A stretch of DNA of 64,000 nt from Phycisphaerae bacterium (GTDB lineage: Bacteria > Planctomycetota > Phycisphaerae > WQYP01). The stretch covers positions 68,845 to 132,844 of the forward strand of contig DATJSN010000092.1 in assembly GCA_035504095.1 (NCBI GenBank). The letters are read 5' to 3'. This document shows, piece after piece, positions 49,937 to 59,779 of this stretch. Made by a program: the position numbers and the translations under genes. The stretch's first letter is position 1. Every line of letters begins with the position of its first letter. The notes below the pieces were generated by a model, which worked only from the letters and a program-made list of their open reading frames with translations, made no database searches and had not been told where the DNA came from.

Positions 49937-51931
49937 GTGAATAATCATACACAAACTAATCCGGTATTGCAGGCGGCGCTCGATTATTCGCGCCTGGGAT
50001 TACCGGTGTTTCCATGCCGCCCAGACAAGACACCATATACGCCGAACGGCTTTAAGAACGCGACGACCGACGAGAAAACGATTCGGGGTTGGTGGAATCT
50101 TTACCCCGATCTTCTGATTGGTATGCCAACAGGTAAGTCATCTGGTGTGAGCGTGCTGGACATTGACGGCGCCGAAGGTGAAGCAGGCTTAGCAACTTTA
50201 TTGGCAAACAATAATATGCCGGACGCCCCATGTGTTCGCACTGGACGAGGCGGAAGGCACTATTGGTTTTCTCACCGGGATGGAATCAAAAACTCGCAAT
50301 CGACAATCGCTCCGGGCATCGATGTTCGCGGTGAGGGTGGCTATGTGATCCTTCCGCCGAGTTCAAGCAAGCATGGCGCGTACTCGTGGATTAGGAAGTT
50401 TTCCGACAAGCTTGCCGAACTTCCAAACTTCCCCGATTGGCTCAAACCTGCGCCCAGTCAGCCAGCTTTGCCGGTGGGGCATAACGCGACGATTATTTCG
50501 CCTGATGACCAGATAAAACGATGCCGTGCCTACCTGGGCAAGATGTCGGGCGCTATTAGCGGGCAGCGTGGACATGATCGCACGCTTGAGGCAGCGGCAA
50601 CGTGTTTCCGGTTCGGGCTTTCAAAAGATCAGGCTTGGCCACTGATTCTAGAATTTAACTCGCGATGTTCGCCGCCTTGGACTGAGAAAGAACTCGGGCA
50701 CAAGCTCGAAGACGCCGAGCGGAAGGTTCGCGAGTCCGGGGAATTCGGAAAGTTTCTCAATGAGCCGACCTGGCAGCCTTCGCCGTCCGCGTTAGCAGAA
50801 AAAACAACCGGGGTTTTGCCGGAATTGTGCGAGGCCGCTGACATTGCTGACGATGAAAATTCTGAGCTTGGACCACCGGTCATCGACGGCTATCTAAGGC
50901 AGTCCGAGACCATGAATCTCATTGCCGCGCCAAAACTCGGCAAAAGTTTTTTGAGTTACGGTCTTGCCCTATCGGTAGCTCTGGGGCAGCCATGGCTCGG
51001 TCAGTTTCCCTGCCCCCCTCGCAAAGTTTTAATATTGGACAACGAATTGCACAAGCGCACGTTGCGTCACAGGATTAAGCAGGTATGCCGGGCGATGAAC
51101 ATTGATCCTGAAGCACTTCGCGGAAGATTATTCTTCGATATATTTCGTGGGCGACTGGTGCGATTCAATGAACTAACACCATACTTTACCAGCCTGGCTG
51201 ACCACGGGTTCAGCCTGATTATTTGTGACGCATATTATCGGTTTTTTGCGGGCGACGAAAATTCCAATTCCGAAACCGCCACTGCATATAACCTGCTCGA
51301 TCAGTTCGCCGCATTGACCGGCGCGGCAATCGTCCTCATACACCACCAATCGAAGGGGGATCAGTCCGGTAAGTCCGTCACCGACGTGGGCGCTGGCGCT
51401 GGTTCGCAGAGTCGGGCAGCGGATACCCATGCTGTTATGCGGGAACACGAAGAGCCGGGCAAGGTCGTCCTGGAGGCTAAATGCCGGACTTGGAGAACGC
51501 CTCTGGCGATTACGCTCGAATACGACTATCCGTTGTGGAAGGCTCGCCCAGACATTGTGCCTGTTCTCAAAACCCTAAGAAAAAGAAGGGTGCGCGATGA
51601 AACCGAAAAACCCAGTTACGAGACGGCTGCCGAACTCGCCCTTGATGAACCCAAGCCGCTGGTTTATTTCACGGCAAAAATGCGTCTTGGGGCAACCAAA
51701 ACAAGGCAACTCTTAGCGGAAGCCGTGGAGTGTGGTTTGATCCATGCATGGCCGCCGGCAACAAAAAATGAACCCGCTCGGTGGGCAAATAAATCACCCC
51801 CGTTAACGCAAGAGGGGTGCTCGCACGCACCCTATATACACCCCAAGTGTGCGGGAACGCACCTTGGGGCTGAGGTGCTCGCAGGTGCGAGCACTCGCAA
51901 AAAAACGGAAAACGAAAAGGAGAAACCATGA
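49937..51931 (+). CDS. bifunctional DNA primase-polymerase (Prim-Pol) with RepA-like AAA_25 helicase/ATPase domain
   Basis: N-terminus LGLPVFPCRPDKTPY...; Walker A AAPKLGKSF; Walker B VLILDNE. Confidence 0.7.
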   Translation: MNNHTQTNPVLQAALDYSRLGLPVFPCRPDKTPYTPNGFKNATTDEKTIRGWWNLYPDLLIGMPTGKSSGVSVLDIDGAEGEAGLATLLANNNMPDAPCVRTGRGGRHYWFSHRDGIKNSQSTIAPGIDVRGEGGYVILPPSSSKHGAYSWIRKFSDKLAELPNFPDWLKPAPSQPALPVGHNATIISPDDQIKRCRAYLGKMSGAISGQRGHDRTLEAAATCFRFGLSKDQAWPLILEFNSRCSPPWTEKELGHKLEDAERKVRESGEFGKFLNEPTWQPSPSALAEKTTGVLPELCEAADIADDENSELGPPVIDGYLRQSETMNLIAAPKLGKSFLSYGLALSVALGQPWLGQFPCPPRKVLILDNELHKRTLRHRIKQVCRAMNIDPEALRGRLFFDIFRGRLVRFNELTPYFTSLADHGFSLIICDAYYRFFAGDENSNSETATAYNLLDQFAALTGAAIVLIHHQSKGDQSGKSVTDVGAGAGSQSRAADTHAVMREHEEPGKVVLEAKCRTWRTPLAITLEYDYPLWKARPDIVPVLKTLRKRRVRDETEKPSYETAAELALDEPKPLVYFTAKMRLGATKTRQLLAEAVECGLIHAWPPATKNEPARWANKSPPLTQEGCSHAPYIHPKCAGTHLGAEVLAGASTRKKTENEKEKP

Positions 51932-52197
51932 CAATGAAACCTGAAAATCTGCCGCCTTGTCCGGCTGAGCTTCCGATGCCCCAAGGTGGCTGCCTGCTTT
52001 GCGGTCAACCGGAGACATCCGCATCTGTTTGGATGAGGCTTGCTCACCACGGTAAACAGAGAGCGATCAAATATCGCCTTTGCCATGAACATGCCATACA
52101 TGCGGAGGACTTTGTTGATGCCATCAAAGACGCCATTAGGCGAAAAGTAGTAGCTGAGCGTGCAACTAAGAATAACTTTGATACGGAGAATTTATGA
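51928..52197 (+). CDS. small Cys/His-rich (zinc-ribbon-like) protein
   Basis: CPAELPMPQGGCLLCG...CHEH. Confidence 0.3.
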   Translation: MTMKPENLPPCPAELPMPQGGCLLCGQPETSASVWMRLAHHGKQRAIKYRLCHEHAIHAEDFVDAIKDAIRRKVVAERATKNNFDTENL

Positions 52198-52445
52198 AAA
52201 TCGACAATAAAATTCGGCGTGAAGTATTGATACGGTTTGGCGAGGAAAGACGGGAGACCATCGAGGCAGATTGGCGTCCAGAGTTGGTTGACGACGTGGC
52301 CTGCCTCTTTGTCGCCCAAAGGATGGACCTTCCGCTTAGTTTGGTGCGTGAAATATGTCTGACTGATGCCCCGGAGACTTAACAACGCAAGCGCGAGGGT
52401 ATCGGGCAGGGACTGAAAACGAGATAAATACGGGTTTTTTGTCCG

Positions 52446-52904
52446 TTGAATAGGTTTGATTGGAGATTTTTTATGGCGCGGCCTCTATTGAACATCGACC
52501 CCATTATTGTGGGCAAGCTCGCGGCTATGGGGTGCTCAAATTGCGAGATAGCAGACCTACTCGGTTGCAGTGAGGGCACCATACGGTCAAAGCGTTTTTA
52601 CGAGATTTTGGCCAAAAATAGAGCCGAGATTCGTAAGAACTTACGTAAAGCCCAGATTGACGCGGCACTTGCGGGAAATACAGCCATGATGATCTGGCTT
52701 GGCAAACAAATGCTCGGCCAAACGGATAAATCGGAAACCGAAATCAGGGACCAAAGGGGTGAGCCTCAACAGTTGATTGTTGTGCTTGAAGCAAGAAAAG
52801 ATGGGTCGTTAAGAGAAGTTCAGGATGCGAGCGAGGAACCGGCCCAGTTAAACGCCGGTAGCAGCATTGGCGGCGTTATTGACGTGCAGGCTGAAGTGAA
52901 ATAG
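52446..52904 (+). CDS. HTH (sigma70 region-4/LuxR-like) DNA-binding protein; true start possibly ATG 52473
   Basis: LAAMGCSNCEIADLLGCSEGTIRSK. Confidence 0.35.
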   Translation: MNRFDWRFFMARPLLNIDPIIVGKLAAMGCSNCEIADLLGCSEGTIRSKRFYEILAKNRAEIRKNLRKAQIDAALAGNTAMMIWLGKQMLGQTDKSETEIRDQRGEPQQLIVVLEARKDGSLREVQDASEEPAQLNAGSSIGGVIDVQAEVK

Positions 52905-52907
52905 GTC

Positions 52908-53135
52908 TTGACATTAGGCAAGAGGCTTGATAATATATGCATCGTGAACATCGGCGAACAATTAAAATTCTACATTCGCAAGAGCAGGATCACGCAGGCC
53001 GAGCTTGCCCGGCAGACCGGGATTCAAGAATCAGCAATAAGCCGTTTTCTGACTGGTGAGCGGGGATTAGACCTGGTGAGCATCGAAAAACTGGCGAAGT
53101 ATTTCCGCCTGGAACTTAGGAAAAAGGTAAGGTGA
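52908..53135 (+). CDS. XRE-family HTH regulator
   Basis: ITQAELARQTGIQESAISRF. Confidence 0.5.
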   Translation: MTLGKRLDNICIVNIGEQLKFYIRKSRITQAELARQTGIQESAISRFLTGERGLDLVSIEKLAKYFRLELRKKVR

Positions 53136-54664
53136 AAAACATGGCATCAGTTTTCAAACGTGGAAAGAATTGGATTGCATCATTTAAGGATAAGGACGAG
53201 CGTTGGCATCAGAAAGCTTGCGGTAGGGATAAAAGCGTAGCCCAGAAGATCGCTAATAAGCTGGAAACCGAAGGGATGCTTCGCATAAACGGCTTGGTAG
53301 ACCCGAACGTGGATCGCATCGCTGCCGCTGAGAAGAAATCTCTGGCTGTACACTTGGCCGAGTTTCGTGCCGACATTGCAAGCCGAAACGGCAATAACGC
53401 TTATGCCATGCAAGTCCATCAGCGGGCCGAGCGCATCATCAGTTTTGGCGGTATTGAACAATTGTCGCAATTGAAGGCCGCCGCAGTGAACACCGCTATT
53501 GCCAGACTACGCGAGGCCAAATATGCCAAAGCTAAAGATAGCAAGGATAAAGAGGGCAAAGCCAAATATGGCAAAACCAGTGTGTCTCATCATCTGCGGG
53601 CCATCAAAATGTTTTCGCGCTGGTTGTATTGCAATGGACACACCGCTGGCGATACGCTGCTGACCATCAAAGTTCCGACCGTAGCCGCATCGGATAAGAA
53701 AATGCATCGTCGGGCGTTAAGCCTGGCTGAATTTTACGCGCTGGTAACGTTTACTGTCGGGTCTGGAAGCGCCTATGGGATGACCGGCGAAGATCGGGCA
53801 ATGCTCTACACCATGGCTGGATCGACCGGTTTTCGGCAGGGTGAACTACGCGCCCTGACTCCGGAAAGCTTTACTCTTGATGCTGACGCTCCGGCAATCA
53901 CCGTAAAGGCTGCATACTCCAAACGCCGCCGGGATGATCGGCAACCCGTCCCGCCTGCCTTGGCCGACACGATAAAGCCATGGCTGGACCGCAAGGTTGC
54001 CGGAAAACCCGTATTCGCCATGCCATCGCGTTACGAGGTGGCTGATATGCTCAGGAGTGATCTTGATGCCGCCCGGAACCAATGGCTTAAAGAAGCGGAA
54101 AAGAATCAGGAGGAATTAAAGCATCGGCAAGAGGATAGTTTTCTCTCTTCCGATGAGGTTGATTTCCACGCCCTGCGCGTGAGCTATATCTCGTGGCTGG
54201 TTCAAAGCGGTGTGAACGTTAAAACGTGCCAGGAGCTTGCCCGGCATTCAACACCCGTCCTGACCATCGGAACATACGCTCGGATGAGCCTAAATGACCA
54301 AGATAACGCTTTGGCGGCTTTGCCTGTACCCGGAGCCCATCCATACACCCAGCAGCAAATTATTCTGGAGACCGGAACCGGCAACATATCGAGCAACGTC
54401 CATGCACAAAATATGCACAAAGCCGGCGTCCAAATACCGCAAATTGAGGCTCATAGAGGCAAGCGTAAATCTACCATCCAGGCGAGTGCAGGATATCAGG
54501 AAACCACTGTAAATACAGGGGAAAGCCCTGTATTATCCGAGACATTATTGACCTCTCGCCCGGGTGGCGGAATGGCAGACGCTCAGGACTTAAAATCCTG
54601 TGTTGCGCAAGCGACGTGCGGGTTCGAGTCCCGCTCCGGGCAATCGATTGAGAGAGACGCTTGA
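53132..54664 (+). CDS. int: tyrosine-type site-specific integrase
   Basis: R...HALRVSYISW...TIGTYARM catalytic motifs. The ORF runs through the tRNA-Leu gene, so the true C-terminus is uncertain. Confidence 0.8.
   Translation: MKNMASVFKRGKNWIASFKDKDERWHQKACGRDKSVAQKIANKLETEGMLRINGLVDPNVDRIAAAEKKSLAVHLAEFRADIASRNGNNAYAMQVHQRAERIISFGGIEQLSQLKAAAVNTAIARLREAKYAKAKDSKDKEGKAKYGKTSVSHHLRAIKMFSRWLYCNGHTAGDTLLTIKVPTVAASDKKMHRRALSLAEFYALVTFTVGSGSAYGMTGEDRAMLYTMAGSTGFRQGELRALTPESFTLDADAPAITVKAAYSKRRRDDRQPVPPALADTIKPWLDRKVAGKPVFAMPSRYEVADMLRSDLDAARNQWLKEAEKNQEELKHRQEDSFLSSDEVDFHALRVSYISWLVQSGVNVKTCQELARHSTPVLTIGTYARMSLNDQDNALAALPVPGAHPYTQQQIILETGTGNISSNVHAQNMHKAGVQIPQIEAHRGKRKSTIQASAGYQETTVNTGESPVLSETLLTSRPGGGMADAQDLKSCVAQATCGFESRSGQSIERDA
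54554..54595 (+). repeat. attR: 42-bp direct repeat (start of the intact tRNA-Leu)
   Basis: Identical to 20470-20511. Confidence 0.8.
54558..54642 (+). tRNA. tRNA-Leu (anticodon TAA), class II with long variable arm
   Basis: Acceptor GCCCGGG/TCCGGGC with discriminator A, D-arm GGCGGAATGGCAGACGC, anticodon loop CTTAAAA, T-arm GCGGG-TTCGAGT-CCCGC. Confidence 0.85.
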
Positions 54665-54765
54665 TTCCACCGTGCATGACGATGCGCTCTGATTGCTGAT
54701 GCACTTGCAGGGCATAATCCTTAACTTGCGTTTTGCGTTAGCGCATGCTATAGACTTCACGAAAT

Positions 54766-55329
54766 ATGAGTTCAGATGTCCTCCTTGCCATTTTCACACT
54801 CGGTCTGATGTTGTCCACAATTTGGCTGGCGGTTGCCACGCATTTTCTTGTCGTAGGAGCTGAAAAAAACGCCCGAAGACAGTTGCGGGCTTATATTGGA
54901 GTAAGCGAACAGACGGCGGACATCGAAGGCGATCACGTCAAGCCGTTGCGTTTCAAGATTACATTACACAATTATGGAAGCACCCCGGCGTATGATGTGG
55001 TTGTAAAAATCGATGTTTCTTCCATTTGCACGTTTGATACAAAAATAGCGTTTGACCATCTGGTTAGTCTTAAAAAGGGAACGCCGAAGTCTATTATGTT
55101 TCCCGGCAAGGACGTTCCTTATTGGCATTACATGATGAGTACGTCCATTTATCAGGCCATGGCCGAAGTGGGACAGAATGCCAGGGTTATATTTGTATTT
55201 GGTTATATTACGTACAAGGATATTTTTGGTGAAGAACATGACACCAAATTCAGGTCCATGTTCAGCAGGGAATCAGTTCACGGCGGCGGTGGGCTGCTTG
55301 TTTGTGAAGAAGGCAACGAAGCAACGTGA
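54766..55329 (+). CDS. hypothetical membrane-anchored protein
   Basis: N-terminal TM helix; 187 aa. Confidence 0.35.
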   Translation: MSSDVLLAIFTLGLMLSTIWLAVATHFLVVGAEKNARRQLRAYIGVSEQTADIEGDHVKPLRFKITLHNYGSTPAYDVVVKIDVSSICTFDTKIAFDHLVSLKKGTPKSIMFPGKDVPYWHYMMSTSIYQAMAEVGQNARVIFVFGYITYKDIFGEEHDTKFRSMFSRESVHGGGGLLVCEEGNEAT

Positions 55330-55375
55330 TCGTCGCCGTCATTGCCGGTGATTGCATCATATCTGCGGTGAGAAA

Positions 55376-58300
55376 TTATTTTACCGCCGGCGCCTGATAC
55401 CAATTTCTTTCTATAATCTCCCTGAGTAGTTCCAGCGGCGTGGGCACATCGTAAGCTAAACGCACGCCAACGTCGGAAAATCCGCGCGGTCTGTTGAGGC
55501 TGTTATTATCTGACTCGAGTGGAACTTGTGGGGAATTTTGCCAATCAATAGTAATTGATTTACCCGGTGAACGATCGCCAAGAGGCGAAAGCGCGGATCC
55601 ACCGATAACGTAGGTTTCCTCAATAGCCGTGGGTGTCATCAATGAAGTAATCGCGTCGCTGGTCAGGGAGTTGGGATTCTTGAACCAATTGTTTAAAGCC
55701 GTGCGATAATCATTCTCATCGTCGAAAACATAGTCGGCAACGTTGCCCCCAAGGTTGATTGACGTGGTTTGCCCGTTTCCCGCATCGACCGGCTCGAAGA
55801 AAAGCACGGGATTGGGGTCCGTGCCATAGTCATCCAGTGAATTCGCCAGGCCGGGTGCGGAATAAACGAAGAGATCCCAGGCATTTGGCCTGGGCAGACG
55901 GGCGTCATTCGTTGAATTTACGTCTGTTAAATAGGCGATGTAAGCGGAGAGGGTTTTACCCGGCAGATGAAGCTGGGCTTGCGCGCGGTTCTCGAACTGC
56001 CATGCATAATCCCATTCAGCCGTTGTTGGCAACCGACATCCCAACAGGGCCGCGAGGTAAATTGCGGCTCCAGGCGGCACATACTGAACAGGATCATCAA
56101 GACTTGGTGCTCCACCGGTTGCTTTATTTAATTGATCAGGATTCTTGGCGTCCGCCATGTTGGTTGGATAGCGCGGAGCGTTGTAAACCGTGTTGGAATC
56201 GGTAAACCATTTCGGCGCCAAACTGACCTGACCATTATCCGTGTCATACCACCATGTATGAGGACCGAGATAATTATTTATGTCATATTCCGGCTCTGGG
56301 TCGTTTGGCGATCTTACAATGAAATCGTAAAAACCATTTGCCGGATTATGCAACAAATTGTCATTGTTGGTTACCACGTCCAGAAATACCCCTACGCTCA
56401 AATCGGTTGTGCAAAAATAATACGGGCCCAGTCCGCTGGACACAGGCGGCTTGAGCAACACAAAATTTAACGTATAGCCGGACGGACTGGTAAAGGTGCG
56501 GCCGCCATTAGCGGTTTTTGTTTCCTTCCAGCCGGCCAGGGCGGGTCCTGATTGTTGTGACAAGTCAGGATTGGTGCGAATGACATTGTTGAGCGCCGGC
56601 ACAAGCAGCGTGGTATATGTTGCCCATTCAGGACTGTTCGCCAAAACGTCATGCATCTGCTGGGCAATTTGTTGCGCTGTTCGCTGCTGGGTTATGGAAG
56701 CGCCTCCTGCGGCGGGGATATTTTTGACGGCTTTGATGAACTGATAAACAAAAAGATCGAAATTTGCCCTTTGATTCAGTTGAGGAATATCCGGTTTTTG
56801 CGGAAATGAAGGGATTTCGACGCCATAATCAGCCGCGACGGCGCTTACTCCTTCCGTCTGAGGCGCCGTAACGGCCCAGTTCATGCGCTCCAGCCAGCGT
56901 TGGTTATATTGCTCAGACAATCTTTGCAGAAGTGTTTGTTTTCGCCCCAGGGCCAGGTTCTCATCGGTTTTAAGGATATCATCAAGACGTGTGGGAACCC
57001 GGCTTTCGGTATCGATTAAGTCAACAGCGGCGGTATGGGTCATGGAGCCAAGCCTTTGCCAGACGGCAAGCATTAATATGCTGCGATTGACGCTTGCCAG
57101 ATTATTTTTAATTACGTCAAGCGCGGCGGAATTGATTTGCTGCATTTGGCCAACAACAGCGATATCGTCGGAATATATCTTTTGGATGTCAGGATTCGAC
57201 CACCATTGATTGGCTTGCGCCGCCGCATACAGATCGGCTATAGTGCTTCCATCAGAAAGTTGTTCGTCCAGAAGTCGGCAATCTGCGATCGCACTTTGCA
57301 TTTTGTTCAAGTCGACCCGTATGGATTCAAATGCGGTATAGCTTTGCTTCCACGCTGAGGATGATTCCGGATCAATACTCGGAACCAGACCATTCAGGCC
57401 GCCCCAATGTAAACTCGAAATGGCGGAAGTAATGGCCTGGGTCCAGGCTTGTTTGACGCTGTCCGGGAAATCATCCCTTTTAGGGAAATCATTTGCGATC
57501 AAAGCCAGGAGCGAGTCCCGCACCTGTATCATCTCGCGAACTTTGTTGGGCATCTTCCCAATTTGCGGCTTCAGGAGTTTGGCCAAATCGTCAGCATTCA
57601 TCTGGTCAAAGGCGATTGTTCGTCCCAGAAGCACCTGTCCGATTTCGTCAAGACAAGCCTGGTGAACTGCTGGAATAGCGACAATGTCGCCGTGCAAAGC
57701 CGGGGTTATTTTCCCGGATGATGAAGGAATCTGGACGGTTTGCTGCGACTGGGGATCAAGGAACTCAGGGACCCATTTCTTGAGGTTAAAATGCGCATCC
57801 ACGAAATTGGTGACGATCGGAAGCAGGGCATTGATGTCGTTCATGGCATACGCGACTTGCCGTTTAATCTGGGGAAGGTTTTTCTGGATGGGAATAATAT
57901 TTTTGGCGCCATCCAATTCAGCCTTACAAGAATCCAGTTTACCGGTGAAATTTTGTGTATTGGGAAATTGGTTCGCATCTGAAATAAGATCAGCGGCCTG
58001 ATCTGTCAGACTCGTAAACGTTTTGGTGCTAAGAAGAACCGGATTGGCACTATCGGGAATTGGGAGATAGTCCCGAAGATCGGGAAAATATTCGGAGAGG
58101 GAAACGTTCATGTTTGGTTGCGGTAGAGAATCTACCACATCCCAGCGAACCTGATCGCCATATTGTTTTAATACAGCCAATTCCTTCTGTGCGGCCGTCA
58201 GCAACTCCTTTTGTCGGTTTAGCAGAGTCTCCGGATCGGCGGCGGAAGCGAGATAGTTTTGTGCATATGCAGGAAAATGATTAATTAACGCATGCTGGCT

Positions 58301-59725
58301 GTTTTTAAAATTTTTCTCCAGGAAGGCCGAGAGTTGCTGGTCCGTTTGCGCGACCTGCTGCACCTTATTAATTTCATTGAGCCATAGTGAAAGCGATGGA
58401 CCGCCCGGTCCAGGTGCGAATTGCCAGAGAGAACAGAGTTTCCCGGTTCCCGCTGGATTGTAATCTTTCAAAAATGGCAGCAAGGATGCGGCTTGATGCG
58501 GATTATCAGATTTCATGGGATCGAGCAGCATTTGTTTAAAGCTGCTTTCAGCCAGCCAGTGATTGGCGAGCCACTGTCGGTCTTGTTCCTTTAGATGCTC
58601 TGCCAGCAGGCTCATGTTGTATTCCGTATCCATTAACAGCTTCACGGCTTGCCAGAAATTGAGCGCTTCGGACCGATGCGACGTAATCCACTGCTGGACA
58701 TTTTGAGTTGTCATATTCTCGGTATATACATTGAGAATGTTGTCTGGAGCCAGTTCCTGAGGGTCCAGTGGAGCCTCTTGCTTTGAGAGGTTTGCGAATT
58801 CGGGTATTTTGCTTAAAGCTTTACTTTGCGCCGCAAAATCCTTGAACCAGTTCACGTAAGCAGTGTTATATGGAACATAGGTTAGTGGAGTATCCGTGGG
58901 AGGCCCGGGGCGCCAGAAATACCAGATCGTCAAGGCAATGACTAATGCAGCCCCGGCGGCTGTTCCAATTAACGGAGCACGGCTTTTCCTTGGTTTTAAT
59001 TTCGCCAGCATGGCCGCGGCTGTCGTCAGGTTTCGCTCATTGGCGGGTAATGTGGTATCAAGCAAAAAACGGCAGAACTTGATCCAGTCTTTGCGTTGAA
59101 ATCCCAGAGCGCGGAATTCCGCCATGGACGGATCGAGTTCCGTGGATGGTGTCCAGCGGCGGGATGCCATAAGTTCGCAGATCAGACGGCCGAGTTGCTC
59201 CAGATCGCTGGAAACCGCTTCGACCGGGTTGAAAATGGAAGCCTTTGGTGCAGTTAGCACGATGCCGGCCGTTGCCAGTGTGCCATGAGAGGCAAGAACA
59301 TTTTCCGCTTTTAAATCGCCGTGCGTGCGCTCGGTCAATCGTTGAGAGTCTTGCAGAGCCGAAAGCACATCTTTAACCAGCTTGTATAAATCGGCTGGCG
59401 TTGGCTTGATTTGCAGTTGAATGAACCGACTCGCTGACCAGTCGAATCGCTCTAAAACACAGAAAGCGCCGTTCTCTCCAATCGTCTGAACGTCATATAC
59501 TTGCGCCCAGGAAGATGACTGTTTTCCGAGCAGGCGCTGAAGATCATAACTTGCTATAAAAGCCGATTGCGCGTTGCGTAAGCGATAGGGCTTCCAAAAA
59601 TCAATGTTTGGTTCAAGGACGTGAAGTATTCTTGGTTGTCCTGCGTCCTCATTGAGTACGTAGAAAGCGCCCAGGACCTCTCGGCCTGTCATCTGGCTGA
59701 TTTGATATGAACCGAAGTTCGGCAC
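55376..59725 (-). CDS. Ser/Thr protein kinase fused to a large extracytoplasmic region with a C-terminal FGE (SUMF1)-like domain
   Basis: HGDLKAENVL catalytic loop, a single TM helix, C-terminal GCRLPTTAEWDYAWQ FGE-type motif; 1449 aa. Confidence 0.7.
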   Translation of the reverse strand: MPNFGSYQISQMTGREVLGAFYVLNEDAGQPRILHVLEPNIDFWKPYRLRNAQSAFIASYDLQRLLGKQSSSWAQVYDVQTIGENGAFCVLERFDWSASRFIQLQIKPTPADLYKLVKDVLSALQDSQRLTERTHGDLKAENVLASHGTLATAGIVLTAPKASIFNPVEAVSSDLEQLGRLICELMASRRWTPSTELDPSMAEFRALGFQRKDWIKFCRFLLDTTLPANERNLTTAAAMLAKLKPRKSRAPLIGTAAGAALVIALTIWYFWRPGPPTDTPLTYVPYNTAYVNWFKDFAAQSKALSKIPEFANLSKQEAPLDPQELAPDNILNVYTENMTTQNVQQWITSHRSEALNFWQAVKLLMDTEYNMSLLAEHLKEQDRQWLANHWLAESSFKQMLLDPMKSDNPHQAASLLPFLKDYNPAGTGKLCSLWQFAPGPGGPSLSLWLNEINKVQQVAQTDQQLSAFLEKNFKNSQHALINHFPAYAQNYLASAADPETLLNRQKELLTAAQKELAVLKQYGDQVRWDVVDSLPQPNMNVSLSEYFPDLRDYLPIPDSANPVLLSTKTFTSLTDQAADLISDANQFPNTQNFTGKLDSCKAELDGAKNIIPIQKNLPQIKRQVAYAMNDINALLPIVTNFVDAHFNLKKWVPEFLDPQSQQTVQIPSSSGKITPALHGDIVAIPAVHQACLDEIGQVLLGRTIAFDQMNADDLAKLLKPQIGKMPNKVREMIQVRDSLLALIANDFPKRDDFPDSVKQAWTQAITSAISSLHWGGLNGLVPSIDPESSSAWKQSYTAFESIRVDLNKMQSAIADCRLLDEQLSDGSTIADLYAAAQANQWWSNPDIQKIYSDDIAVVGQMQQINSAALDVIKNNLASVNRSILMLAVWQRLGSMTHTAAVDLIDTESRVPTRLDDILKTDENLALGRKQTLLQRLSEQYNQRWLERMNWAVTAPQTEGVSAVAADYGVEIPSFPQKPDIPQLNQRANFDLFVYQFIKAVKNIPAAGGASITQQRTAQQIAQQMHDVLANSPEWATYTTLLVPALNNVIRTNPDLSQQSGPALAGWKETKTANGGRTFTSPSGYTLNFVLLKPPVSSGLGPYYFCTTDLSVGVFLDVVTNNDNLLHNPANGFYDFIVRSPNDPEPEYDINNYLGPHTWWYDTDNGQVSLAPKWFTDSNTVYNAPRYPTNMADAKNPDQLNKATGGAPSLDDPVQYVPPGAAIYLAALLGCRLPTTAEWDYAWQFENRAQAQLHLPGKTLSAYIAYLTDVNSTNDARLPRPNAWDLFVYSAPGLANSLDDYGTDPNPVLFFEPVDAGNGQTTSINLGGNVADYVFDDENDYRTALNNWFKNPNSLTSDAITSLMTPTAIEETYVIGGSALSPLGDRSPGKSITIDWQNSPQVPLESDNNSLNRPRGFSDVGVRLAYDVPTPLELLREIIERNWYQAPAVK

Positions 59726-59779
59726 GGTTTGTTCCAGACCTTGCCCTGGACGATACGACGTCGCTTCTACAAACTTTCT

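Larger units (their letters stand above)
20470..54642. mobile_element. ~34.2-kb integrative element / defence island inserted in tRNA-Leu (integrase, Prim-Pol helicase, AlpA, XRE, ArdC; P4-satellite/IME-like backbone)
   Basis: Direct repeats at both ends, a tyrosine integrase adjacent to the intact tRNA, replication and regulatory genes, visibly lower GC in parts, and cargo that is almost entirely defence-related. Confidence 0.75.
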
